Shown here: positions 1 through 7,710 of the stretch, piece after piece
Layout of the letters: the number at the start of each line of letters is the position of its first letter
Position numbering within the stretch: position 1 is the first letter of the stretch
IMG/VR virus record: IMGVR_UViG_3300027759_000109
Coordinates: 1 to 57,002 of that record
From: a virus
Taxonomy: Duplodnaviria > Caudoviricetes
DNA: 57,002 nt
Direction: 5' to 3' (one strand)
Notes under the pieces: model-generated
The model's input: the letters and a program-made list of their open reading frames with translations, nothing else
Databases searched by the model: none
Told to the model about the DNA's origin: nothing
Made by a program: the position numbers and the translations under genes

Positions 1-350
1 ATTGCGTTCATCATTATTTCTGAACCCTCCACATCTATCTTCATTACCTGTGGTTTGTAATAATCCATGTACATAATGAACTTCTCGTGTCTATCCACCA
101 TATCCATATGTGGAATGAAGTGTTGAACATTATAGTTTTGTTTAAACCATTCGTATGATTGTGGGTTTCCATCCACACCAATTACCTTTGATGCCTTACG
201 TTCTTGTAGAAAGTATACTGGTGTTGGTGTAAACTCTGAGTTGATTCCACATCCTAAATCTAATACAACCTTATCTCTGATGTTTAAAAATCCCCAATGA
301 ATGTCTGGTGATTCTGATGTGATAATTCCTTTTGGTTCCCTAATCTTCAT
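1..350 (-). CDS. SAM-dependent (FkbM-like) methyltransferase, 5' part only
   Basis: ATG at 350; near-identical to the 5' part of ORF 32065..32592; runs off the window start. Confidence 0.75.
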   Translation of the reverse strand, partial: MKIREPKGIITSESPDIHWGFLNIRDKVVLDLGCGINSEFTPTPVYFLQERKASKVIGVDGNPQSYEWFKQNYNVQHFIPHMDMVDRHEKFIMYMDYYKPQVMKIDVEGSEIMMNA

Positions 351-867
351 TTTCTAATCTATTAAAAGTGTTTAATCTAATTGTCTTTTTTGTTTCATTA
401 ACATACCTGGCGATAGAAGTAAGTGGAATGCTTGTGTCAACCGATACTTTCTTTAATGATCCAAGTACCATGTACTTCTCAAATATTTTCTTATTAAACC
501 ATCCTGTTTGTGCCCATTCCATTTCAATTATATCTAAGATTTTATGATTATCAAAAATATCTTCTTCGGTGGTAAGTTCATTTATTATATTGTCAAATAA
601 TTCATTGTATAGTGTACTTTCTCTTCTGACTTTTCTAAAAAATGGACTTGTTTTGGAATACCAATTGATTGTTATAACTCTAATAATATAATATTTTATA
701 TCGTTATCTTCAAGTGATTTTAACTTTATCTCCTTCTTGTTATACAATTGAAGTATAACTTCATTGAGTAAGTCTTTGTGCCAATCACTATTCCTTGTTA
801 CCTTTTTACATATGTTCTGTAATTCGTAATAGTTCTTCGTAATGTATTGTTCTATCTCAGTCGTCAT
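340..867 (-). CDS. ECF/sigma-70-like RNA polymerase sigma factor
   Basis: 175 aa; region-2-like KDLLNEVILQLY and C-terminal HTH (SLKKVSVDTSIPLTSIARYV); homologue at 32582..33103. Confidence 0.65.
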   Translation of the reverse strand: MTTEIEQYITKNYYELQNICKKVTRNSDWHKDLLNEVILQLYNKKEIKLKSLEDNDIKYYIIRVITINWYSKTSPFFRKVRRESTLYNELFDNIINELTTEEDIFDNHKILDIIEMEWAQTGWFNKKIFEKYMVLGSLKKVSVDTSIPLTSIARYVNETKKTIRLNTFNRLENED

Positions 868-1120
868 TTAATCGTTTTCTACAATCAGATATGACTTGAC
901 ACACTTCAAAGTTTTCTTGTTCCTCATTGGTGATTAATGAACTTTCCAATACTTCGTCAAGGAAGTCAATCCTGTTTATTTCAGGTGATAAGTTTCTATC
1001 CAATTGAAGTAACATCATATCAATAAACCTATCACATATCACTTGTTTACTTTCTGAATCAAGTGTTAAATATTCTTTTGGTATGTCTATATATCCAATA
1101 TCAATTTGACTCCTTTTCAT
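857..1120 (-). CDS. Hypothetical protein with UVR-like C-terminal motif
   Basis: 87 aa; ends ENFEVCQVISD; homologue at 33096..33365. Confidence 0.6.
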   Translation of the reverse strand: MKRSQIDIGYIDIPKEYLTLDSESKQVICDRFIDMMLLQLDRNLSPEINRIDFLDEVLESSLITNEEQENFEVCQVISDCRKRLNDD

Positions 1121-1862
1121 TCTTAATCTTGTTTACAAGTTTTTGTATACTGGCGGTTGATACACCATACTTTATGGCAATTCTTTTATAAGTCCAATCC
1201 TTACTTGAAGAATATAATTCTATTATCTCTCGTCTATGTTCTTCATTCCAATTAGTTGATGATGTATAAACTAATTTCTTTTTAACCTTTGGAAATACCA
1301 ATTTACCATTAACATATTCTTTAACACCAGGTTTTAAGAAATGACCACACTCATCACTATAAGTATAACCAAGTGCCTTCATTACCATACTAGTTTGTTC
1401 CTTTTGATATTCATCAATCCATACCCCAACTTTATTATGTACTCTTTCTGAACCACCACTTGTTTCCAATTCCCCCTGTCTTTCCCCTTTTCTTCTATTC
1501 TTTTCTCTATTGTTACAACAACTTCTACAATCAAGGTATGTAGTTTTTTTACTTACACCATGATAATAATAATCATCCATCCTATGTTTATACACACGAC
1601 ATGTTCTACATTGTTTGTAGTCAGGATTTGTTGAGAATGAATTATTCTGTTCCACATGTTGAGGTTCCAATACCTCTATTTCTAATTCTAAGACCACTGG
1701 TGACATTATCTTTTTCATTGTGATACTTTCCTTGTATTTTGTTTTTTGATCCTTAAAACAGGACTTACAGATTCTTCTTGTACGCCATTTCTTTTGAGTG
1801 GAATGGTAATAAGTATAATACTCATTTTCCTGTTTATCAATTGAACATTTGGTACATATCAT
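1101..1862 (-). CDS. Double zinc-finger plus C-terminal HTH protein
   Basis: Two CxxC...CxxC clusters and a WTYKRIAIKYGVSTASIQK HTH; near-identical copy at 33355..34101. Confidence 0.7.
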   Translation of the reverse strand: MICTKCSIDKQENEYYTYYHSTQKKWRTRRICKSCFKDQKTKYKESITMKKIMSPVVLELEIEVLEPQHVEQNNSFSTNPDYKQCRTCRVYKHRMDDYYYHGVSKKTTYLDCRSCCNNREKNRRKGERQGELETSGGSERVHNKVGVWIDEYQKEQTSMVMKALGYTYSDECGHFLKPGVKEYVNGKLVFPKVKKKLVYTSSTNWNEEHRREIIELYSSSKDWTYKRIAIKYGVSTASIQKLVNKIKNEKESN

Positions 1863-1880
1863 AAATATCTGAGTTTAAAC

Positions 1881-1915
1881 GAAAAACCCCCACCTAACAA
1901 AATATTAGGTAGGGG
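1881..1915 (-). terminator. Intrinsic terminator
   Basis: Minus-strand hairpin CCCCTACCTAA..TTAGGTGGGGG followed by TTTTT; conserved at ~34120-34154. Confidence 0.6.
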
Positions 1916-1962
1916 AAGAAAATTCTTAATGTTTGGGAACATATTAGAATATTAAAATATAA

Positions 1963-2493
1963 TCATCGTTTTGGTTTTTGTATAGTCCTAATTTCAATTT
2001 TTTTTGACCTTAGTACTTCTTCTACTGCCTTGTCATACATTCCCCATAATATCATCAAATAACTCTTTCGTTGGTATTTTAGATAATTGTTAATTCCTTC
2101 TTGGATTAACTTCTCATTCTTAAGTAGTTTACCAATTTTGGTATTGGTTCTGTTCTTATTTTTTTTATTATGAAGTGAGGTTACCCATTCAAGGTTTTCA
2201 AGTTTGTTATTGGTAATATCAAAATCCTTGTGATTAACTTCAGCAAGATTGTCAGGATTTGGAATAAAGTGTTGTGCCACCAATCTATGAACATAATACA
2301 ATACTGGTTTATATCCTTCAGGAATATTCTGTAATATCACCTGATGGTATCCAGTATTTTTGTTGGGATGATGTTTTCTAACTCTAGGTTCTTTTAGTTT
2401 TGTACGCCATCTTCTGTGTAATGTTGTCCATAAAGTACCGTTGGTATCAATTAAGTAATGTTCAAATCCTTCTATTTCTATTGGTTTTATCAT
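1963..2493 (-). CDS. HNH homing endonuclease (NUMOD4/HNH_3 type)
   Basis: YVHRLVAQHFIPNPDNLAEVNHKD..NN..NLEWVT..N motif. Confidence 0.85.
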   Translation of the reverse strand: MIKPIEIEGFEHYLIDTNGTLWTTLHRRWRTKLKEPRVRKHHPNKNTGYHQVILQNIPEGYKPVLYYVHRLVAQHFIPNPDNLAEVNHKDFDITNNKLENLEWVTSLHNKKNKNRTNTKIGKLLKNEKLIQEGINNYLKYQRKSYLMILWGMYDKAVEEVLRSKKIEIRTIQKPKR

Positions 2494-2852
2494 AATTCAT
2501 CGTTTAATGTTGGTGTAGTATTTTTAGGTGTAAAGATACTAGACATAACTGATACTGTTAAATTATCAAGTTGTTCCACTTCTTTCAAGTTGAAGTATTT
2601 TTTATTTTCAATATCGGTAATAGGTAGATACTGGTTGAGATTAAGTTCATCAATAGTTGATATATCCTCATAGTTCATTTCCAATAGAAAATTGATATAC
2701 TTTTTCTTTTCTTCTCTTTCCAATTGTTGAAATTCTTTATTTGATAATTCACCTTCACGCCAAAAATGCGTTTGAGTAATACCACCACTAACCATTAATT
2801 TTTCTGATTTACCATATTCCTTACGGAGTTCTTCGTCTGTGTACCTTTTCAT
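2490..2852 (-). CDS. Hypothetical protein
   Basis: 120 aa, coupled to neighbours; core resembles the N-terminal half of 34638..35123. Confidence 0.6.
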   Translation of the reverse strand: MKRYTDEELRKEYGKSEKLMVSGGITQTHFWREGELSNKEFQQLEREEKKKYINFLLEMNYEDISTIDELNLNQYLPITDIENKKYFNLKEVEQLDNLTVSVMSSIFTPKNTTPTLNDEL

Positions 2853-2863
2853 TCTGTTGAGTT

Positions 2864-3598
2864 TTAATTGTTTAAAAGTTTATACGCCTTAATTGTTGCT
2901 ATTCTAAAATTATCAAATTGAAATTGTTTTTCCAAATTAACACAAAATCTATTTGCGTCATTCTTCTTCAAATCTTTTTCCCACTCCGGATATTTCTCAT
3001 TGAAGTATAAATTTAAATCTTTCTTCAACAAATCATTATCAATTGCTAATACTTGTTCTTTTGTTAATATCTTATCTTTAATTTCATATTTAAATATTTC
3101 TATTAACTTTTTATTTCTTTTATCTATTTCTGTTACTATTACTTTCTCTTTATCTTTCTCTTTCTCTTTCTCTTTCTCTTTGTTATGTTCTGTTATAACA
3201 CTGTTATATTCTGTTATAACACTGTTATCGTTTGTTATAACACTACTATTATTTTTATTCCAACGAACCGACATCCCTTTCTTTCCCGCTTCTGATTTTT
3301 TTAATTTAATTTCTTCCCTATATAATAGGTTTTGTTTTACTCTATTACAAGTAATTTTATCATCCTCAACGGAGAAACAAATTTCAACCACATCGTTTAT
3401 TACTTGTTCATCAACTTGTAATTGGAATGCTAGTAATTTAGGTTTGGTCTCAATATAACCATTACCCTCGTGTAACATCTCAACTAAACACCAATAGACA
3501 CCGATACCGGCCATTTGATGTTTCATTCTAACCTCAATTAGTTTTTCATCTTCACGACTATGATTGTCGTGCTGAAAATAATATTTTGGATTTACCAT
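2864..3598 (-). CDS. Putative replication initiator (DUF4373/Lin1244-like N-terminal domain)
   Basis: YFQHD..R.DEKL....G.GVYW.LVEML motif; SEAGKKGM..RW; internal iteron-like repeats and KEKEKE tract. Confidence 0.75.
   Translation of the reverse strand: MVNPKYYFQHDNHSREDEKLIEVRMKHQMAGIGVYWCLVEMLHEGNGYIETKPKLLAFQLQVDEQVINDVVEICFSVEDDKITCNRVKQNLLYREEIKLKKSEAGKKGMSVRWNKNNSSVITNDNSVITEYNSVITEHNKEKEKEKEKDKEKVIVTEIDKRNKKLIEIFKYEIKDKILTKEQVLAIDNDLLKKDLNLYFNEKYPEWEKDLKKNDANRFCVNLEKQFQFDNFRIATIKAYKLLNN
3181..3245. repeat. Iteron-like 21-bp repeats, each with palindrome TGTTATAACA (putative origin)
   Basis: Palindrome at 3191-3200, 3212-3221 and 3233-3242; adjacent pyrimidine-rich tract at 3141-3182. 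Confidence 0.65.
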
Positions 3599-3614
3599 AT
3601 TATTGTTTAATTTA

Positions 3615-3724
3615 ATAAAAAAGGGCCATCAAATACTTACTGCCTCTTACCTCAGTTTTCTTTGACAACCCTTAAAATCTTTAATGTCCTTATAGTGTAA
3701 GAGGGGACTACAATTATAAATATA
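3615..3724 (-). promoter_or_regulatory. Structured 5' leader (promoter, terminator hairpin, pseudoknot) of the initiator gene
   Basis: TATATTTATA at 3715-3724; 13-bp stem 3621-3633/3661-3673 with G-U pairs valid only on minus strand; loop GTAAGAGG complementary to upstream CCTCTTAC. Confidence 0.55.
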
Positions 3725-3783
3725 TGAAAAAAAATCAAAAGAAAAAAATTATAGTAATATTTTTTTATTTCAACTATTCTTCT

Positions 3784-3791
3784 TATATTTG
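3784..3791 (+). promoter_or_regulatory. Bacteroidota housekeeping -7 promoter element TAnnTTTG
   Basis: TATATTTG about 30 nt upstream of ATG 3821; conserved at 35479-35486. Confidence 0.6.
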
Positions 3792-3820
3792 AGTATTGTT
3801 AAACAACAAAACAAATAGAA

Positions 3821-4099
3821 ATGGCAAACAACAAAACTTACGAGAACCTTCAAATGGGATTTGACAGGACTCAACTTTACAAAGAGTACACACAACCTCA
3901 AATCAATCGTTCAACCGCCTTACAGGCTACCATGAACTTTATTAGGGTTAATCAGTACCAATTATCACTTACGGAGACTATTGCGTTATCAGAGAATTTT
4001 GTTAAGTATATTGAAGATGGTAAAACAGACTGGATGAAAAAGACAGAACAATACCTTCAAAATAAATTACAAGATATTGATGGTGTATTAATCGATTAA
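3821..4099 (+). CDS. Hypothetical early protein
   Basis: 92 aa with A-rich leader, promoter and terminator; positional counterpart at 35510..35743. Confidence 0.7.
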   Translation: MANNKTYENLQMGFDRTQLYKEYTQPQINRSTALQATMNFIRVNQYQLSLTETIALSENFVKYIEDGKTDWMKKTEQYLQNKLQDIDGVLID

Positions 4100-4123
4100 A
4101 TATAATACTTTTTTGTTTATACT

Positions 4124-4157
4124 AAGGGGTGAAGTTGGTGTACTTCCCCCTTTTTTT
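4124..4157 (+). terminator. Intrinsic terminator
   Basis: AAGGGGTGAAGT..ACTTCCCCCTT hairpin plus T-run; equivalent at ~35767-35804. Confidence 0.6.
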
Positions 4158-4164
4158 AATACTT

Positions 4165-4488
4165 ATGGTTATGAAAGATTTTAAATTCCTTTCATCTGTT
4201 GATGATGAAGATGCTGTTGAACCGAACCTTGATAGATTCCATGAACTGATTGGTTATCAAAGAAGAATTGAAATAGATATTCTACCAACAGAAACACCCC
4301 AAATTTACACTCAAATCATAAGGGTGGAACTTCCTATCAACCAAATGTCGGAAGACCATTTAAACCACCTTAAAATAAGTAATCAGAGTATCTTACTTAA
4401 TCAAATATCAGATACATTAGATTTCCGTCACGAGATTATTCATCAAGACGAAAACGGATTTACTCTTAGAACAGAATTATATTTTTAA
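4165..4488 (+). CDS. Hypothetical protein (107 aa)
   Basis: Start moved to ATG 4165 by comparison with the highly similar 107-aa ORF 35813..36136. Confidence 0.7.
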   Translation: MVMKDFKFLSSVDDEDAVEPNLDRFHELIGYQRRIEIDILPTETPQIYTQIIRVELPINQMSEDHLNHLKISNQSILLNQISDTLDFRHEIIHQDENGFTLRTELYF

Positions 4489-4527
4489 TATTTGTTTTTA
4501 TAAAAATATTTTGTTATATTTAATATT

Positions 4528-4640
4528 GGAAGGACGGATACAGTTTTCATTCTAAATTTGATATTGCCATTTCATGTAGTCCATCCGTTCTTCCTTTTTA
4601 TATATAGATAAACCCCTGATTTTTTAAGTCAGGGGTTTTT
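4528..4640 (+). ncRNA. Putative small RNA (hairpin with large loop plus terminator)
   Basis: Upstream TATATTTAATA (4515-4525); 12-bp stem 4528-4539/4583-4594 covarying with unit B; terminator 4610-4640. Confidence 0.6.
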
Positions 4641-4666
4641 AATTATATATGGTCAGAGGTGATTTT

Positions 4667-4987
4667 TTATTTTTCGTCCCAAGTACCTTTACACACTGCG
4701 TATGCTTGTCCTTCAACATCGTACTCTGTTCCAATTGCTCCAATACATCTTCCAATATATTCATCTTCAGTTTCCCCACCATCAGGTGTTGGAATAACAA
4801 ACTCTTGTTTTGATTGTTCTTCTTTAACTGGAACACAGTTAGGAACCATGATACCGTCTTTTTCTTTCATTCCAACAGGTTCATATCCTTCCCAACATGG
4901 GTTCTCCATTTCACCTTCCGCCATTTTCTTTGGGTATTTAATCTCAAAGTTGTTTAATTTAAGATTGATGATTTGTTCTAAATTCAT
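4667..4987 (-). CDS. Small phage protein with CWxGY..VPNCVP and PxxxE.E.EYI.RC modules
   Basis: 106 aa; motifs conserved in 36926..37246. Confidence 0.7.
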   Translation of the reverse strand: MNLEQIINLKLNNFEIKYPKKMAEGEMENPCWEGYEPVGMKEKDGIMVPNCVPVKEEQSKQEFVIPTPDGGETEDEYIGRCIGAIGTEYDVEGQAYAVCKGTWDEK

Positions 4988-5199
4988 TTTGATAATTTTT
5001 GATACTCTTTGAATGTTAATTCTTTGTTTAGTATAAATACACTATTGTAATTATGACTAATCCAACCAGTTAATTCATTCTGTGTTATTTTATATTTCTT
5101 ATCTAAATCAGGAATATGGATTAATAATCTTTCAAAGTAATCCGATTTTCCTGTAAAGTTTAATTCAGTATCTGTTGGGTAAGGTAATTTAAAATCCAT
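4984..5199 (-). CDS. Hypothetical protein
   Basis: 71 aa; near-identical to 37243..37458. Confidence 0.7.
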   Translation of the reverse strand: MDFKLPYPTDTELNFTGKSDYFERLLIHIPDLDKKYKITQNELTGWISHNYNSVFILNKELTFKEYQKLSK

Positions 5200-5440
5200 T
5201 TGTATTTTTTAATTTGTTATTTTCTTTTTTAAGACTATCAATTGTTGCTTCTAATCTAACAATATGTCCTGTTAATTCTTCAACCTTTTTGGATAAGTCA
5301 TCAATAACCACCTGATAAATCCTAATAGATTTTTCAAGGTTCTCTAAACGACCACCTTCAATTTCATTCTTAGATTTTCTGTATCCGACAAAGTAACCAA
5401 TTAACGTGGTTACAATTGTCAATATTATTTGTTCTATCAT
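5189..5440 (-). CDS. Single-TM coiled-coil membrane protein (holin-like)
   Basis: N-terminal hydrophobic IILTIVTTLIGYFVGY then coiled coil; start at 5440 by comparison with 37448..37699. Confidence 0.5.
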   Translation of the reverse strand: MIEQIILTIVTTLIGYFVGYRKSKNEIEGGRLENLEKSIRIYQVVIDDLSKKVEELTGHIVRLEATIDSLKKENNKLKNTNGF

Positions 5441-5441
5441 A

Positions 5442-6059
5442 TTAATAACAATCTTGACATGGGGGGTTCTCATGTTCTAACTCAGAATATACTTGATATG
5501 TCTTTGCAATTTCTCTTGAGTTATATCCTTTACGAGTTGTATGTTTAAGGTATATTCCATTCATATATTTCTCTTGTCTATTTGGTATCATACCATCAAT
5601 TGTAGATTGAGTAACGTATTGTGGGAACCTGTTTTGACCATAACCAATCAATAGATAATCTTGAAGTCTGGTCATATAAAAGTCTGCGGTCTGTTTCTGA
5701 ATGTTTCTTAAGTACTTAAATGTCTCAATAGAAACAGGTTCAGCGTTCTCCATAGACCCTTGTACAATTGATCTATTCATTGACCTGTACATGATACTTG
5801 GCATGGCTCTAAAGTATGCTTGTTGTATCAAATATGGTTGAATATAATCATTTACCAAAGTTGTTTCATCAGCATTAAATGTATTACCTGTTGATGACAC
5901 TTGTGATAACAAATGATTATAGAATAAAGTACCCAATAATGTTTGTAGGTCTACGTCCTGTGCTATCTGAACTTCCGCTTTAAGAACGTCCATATCCACA
6001 TTTTTATTGATATTGGTAAAGTTTTTCAGCTTTACCTCTGATATTAATAATACACCCAT
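5442..6059 (-). CDS. Putative head-tail adaptor
   Basis: Follows portal; AQDVDLQTLLG..LVNDYIQPYL motif; homologue at 37711..38331. Confidence 0.55.
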   Translation of the reverse strand: MGVLLISEVKLKNFTNINKNVDMDVLKAEVQIAQDVDLQTLLGTLFYNHLLSQVSSTGNTFNADETTLVNDYIQPYLIQQAYFRAMPSIMYRSMNRSIVQGSMENAEPVSIETFKYLRNIQKQTADFYMTRLQDYLLIGYGQNRFPQYVTQSTIDGMIPNRQEKYMNGIYLKHTTRKGYNSREIAKTYQVYSELEHENPPCQDCY

Positions 6060-6060
6060 T

Positions 6061-7218
6061 TTATACTAATGTTGGAGTTACTGGTTTATCATCTACAGTT
6101 GGATTTTCTTTAACATCACCAGTTAAGAATAAACTTAATGGTTTAATATCTAATGTTGTAGGTCTTTCAAACTTTAATGATAAAAGTTTATTGAATACAG
6201 GAAGAATTTCGTTTTGGTATGGCATAATAACCATCTTACGGAAATACTCTGAATGTTCTGTAATTTCGTTTGCCCCACCCAATTTACCTGCTGTGGAGAT
6301 ACCGAATAGTTCTGCTGATGATACTCTATGTGCTGATAATATTGAACGAGTTATGTCATCAGTAATTTGGGCATAATAGGTATCGTTATCGTTTCTTTGA
6401 ATTTGTATAATTTCAGGAGATTGCTCCTTTGATTCGTTGAATGAAATGATTGCTTGACCTGCGTTGTCTGTTCCACCATATTGTGATTCCAATGCTCTTG
6501 TAATTGTCAACATTTCCTCTTCACCAGGAATACCATTCACGTAGTTAATCCACAAACTTGGCATCATACCCTTTCTTAAATTATTCATATAGAAGTTTTT
6601 AATTTCTATATCAGTTTCCATTGACCTTTGTCCTGCTGACCAATCAGGTACAGGATAATATGACATGGATGGCATGTAAGTTTTAAAATAATATATTTGA
6701 TTTGGGTCGTTTTCTGATTGATTAAAAGATTTTATTTCAATTGGTGGAAACTTTCTAACATTTTTCCAATCAGGAGAGTAGTAATAACAATCTATTTTAT
6801 CTGTTTCATCGTTAATTTTACCACTTCTAATTCTACTAAAATCTATATGATAAATCTCTGCAATTGATTTTCTATCTTTTGACCATATAACATTCAACGA
6901 AAATCCACCAAACATCATCATATCCAATACACATTTCTTCATTACATCTGTAACATTCTCAGATGGATTAATTAAGTTAACTGTGGCCATTGGATTGTTT
7001 ATTGAAACAATACCATCACCCAAGATTTGATTTACCTTTGATGTAACCACCGCCTTATGTATGGCACAATTGTCATATAACCCAATAAAATATTGAGGTA
7101 ATAGATTGTTTTCACCATAATAAACCCATGGACTACGTTGTAATACCTCAGCAAATATTGGAATACTTGCGGTCTGAAAGTTTATCTTCTTAAATTCTGT
7201 TTTTTTAATTTCACTCAT
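6061..7218 (-). CDS. Portal protein
   Basis: WVYYGENNLLPQY, YYPVPDW, NNLRKGMMPS, GTDNAG, ILSAHRV motifs. Confidence 0.85.
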   Translation of the reverse strand: MSEIKKTEFKKINFQTASIPIFAEVLQRSPWVYYGENNLLPQYFIGLYDNCAIHKAVVTSKVNQILGDGIVSINNPMATVNLINPSENVTDVMKKCVLDMMMFGGFSLNVIWSKDRKSIAEIYHIDFSRIRSGKINDETDKIDCYYYSPDWKNVRKFPPIEIKSFNQSENDPNQIYYFKTYMPSMSYYPVPDWSAGQRSMETDIEIKNFYMNNLRKGMMPSLWINYVNGIPGEEEMLTITRALESQYGGTDNAGQAIISFNESKEQSPEIIQIQRNDNDTYYAQITDDITRSILSAHRVSSAELFGISTAGKLGGANEITEHSEYFRKMVIMPYQNEILPVFNKLLSLKFERPTTLDIKPLSLFLTGDVKENPTVDDKPVTPTLV

Positions 7219-7219
7219 A

Positions 7220-7594
7220 TTAATTATCTATATATATAAAGTTCTCATTATCCTCATTAGGGGAAATGTATTGTGTAAATGGATTTGATTCTTGAGTTCC
7301 CTCCAATACTACCATTCCGTTGAAAACCTTGCTGTTATTATCACCATCCCCATATATATTCAACACATATTGACCCAAATAGTTTAGGTCATTAGTTATA
7401 AAATCTAAGTAAATTTCACAGTATCTAATGTTTGAAAAATATTGAGCAGGATTAGATAAATTAACCGTATAAACCTTAGATTCTTTACTCATTACATGTG
7501 TAAAATCTAAAGTATAAGTAGTAAATGTATCTCTACTATTATTGTTTATGTTTAGAACTAATGTGTTCTGTTGTGATTTTTGTAAGTATAACAT
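7220..7594 (-). CDS. Putative structural (head completion) protein
   Basis: 124 aa beta-rich ORF between tube and portal; homologue at 39691..40062. Confidence 0.5.
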   Translation of the reverse strand: MLYLQKSQQNTLVLNINNNSRDTFTTYTLDFTHVMSKESKVYTVNLSNPAQYFSNIRYCEIYLDFITNDLNYLGQYVLNIYGDGDNNSKVFNGMVVLEGTQESNPFTQYISPNEDNENFIYIDN

Positions 7595-7607
7595 AATAAT
7601 CTCTCAA

Positions 7608-7618
7608 TATTAAATATA
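7608..7618 (-). promoter_or_regulatory. Putative late promoter motif TATATTTAATA
   Basis: Same motif upstream of genes at 11937-11947, 15932-15942, 27392-27402 and 44772-44782; variants at 40081-40091 and 42598-42608. Confidence 0.55.
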
Positions 7619-7645
7619 AAAAAAGTTAATTTGAATTGGTAGAAT

Positions 7646-7672
7646 AAAAAAAAGGGGCCAGATGGCCCCAAT
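7646..7672 (-). terminator. Intrinsic terminator after tail tube gene
   Basis: GGGGCCA..TGGCCCC hairpin plus T-run on minus strand; equivalent at ~40121-40146. Confidence 0.65.
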
Positions 7673-7710
7673 TTTGTTAGAGATATAAATTTCGGTTTTT
7701 AAACCTACGA

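Noticed and set aside
3181-3245. Possible CRISPR mini-array
   Set aside because: Period only 21 bp, in-frame within a CDS, no unique spacers and no cas genes
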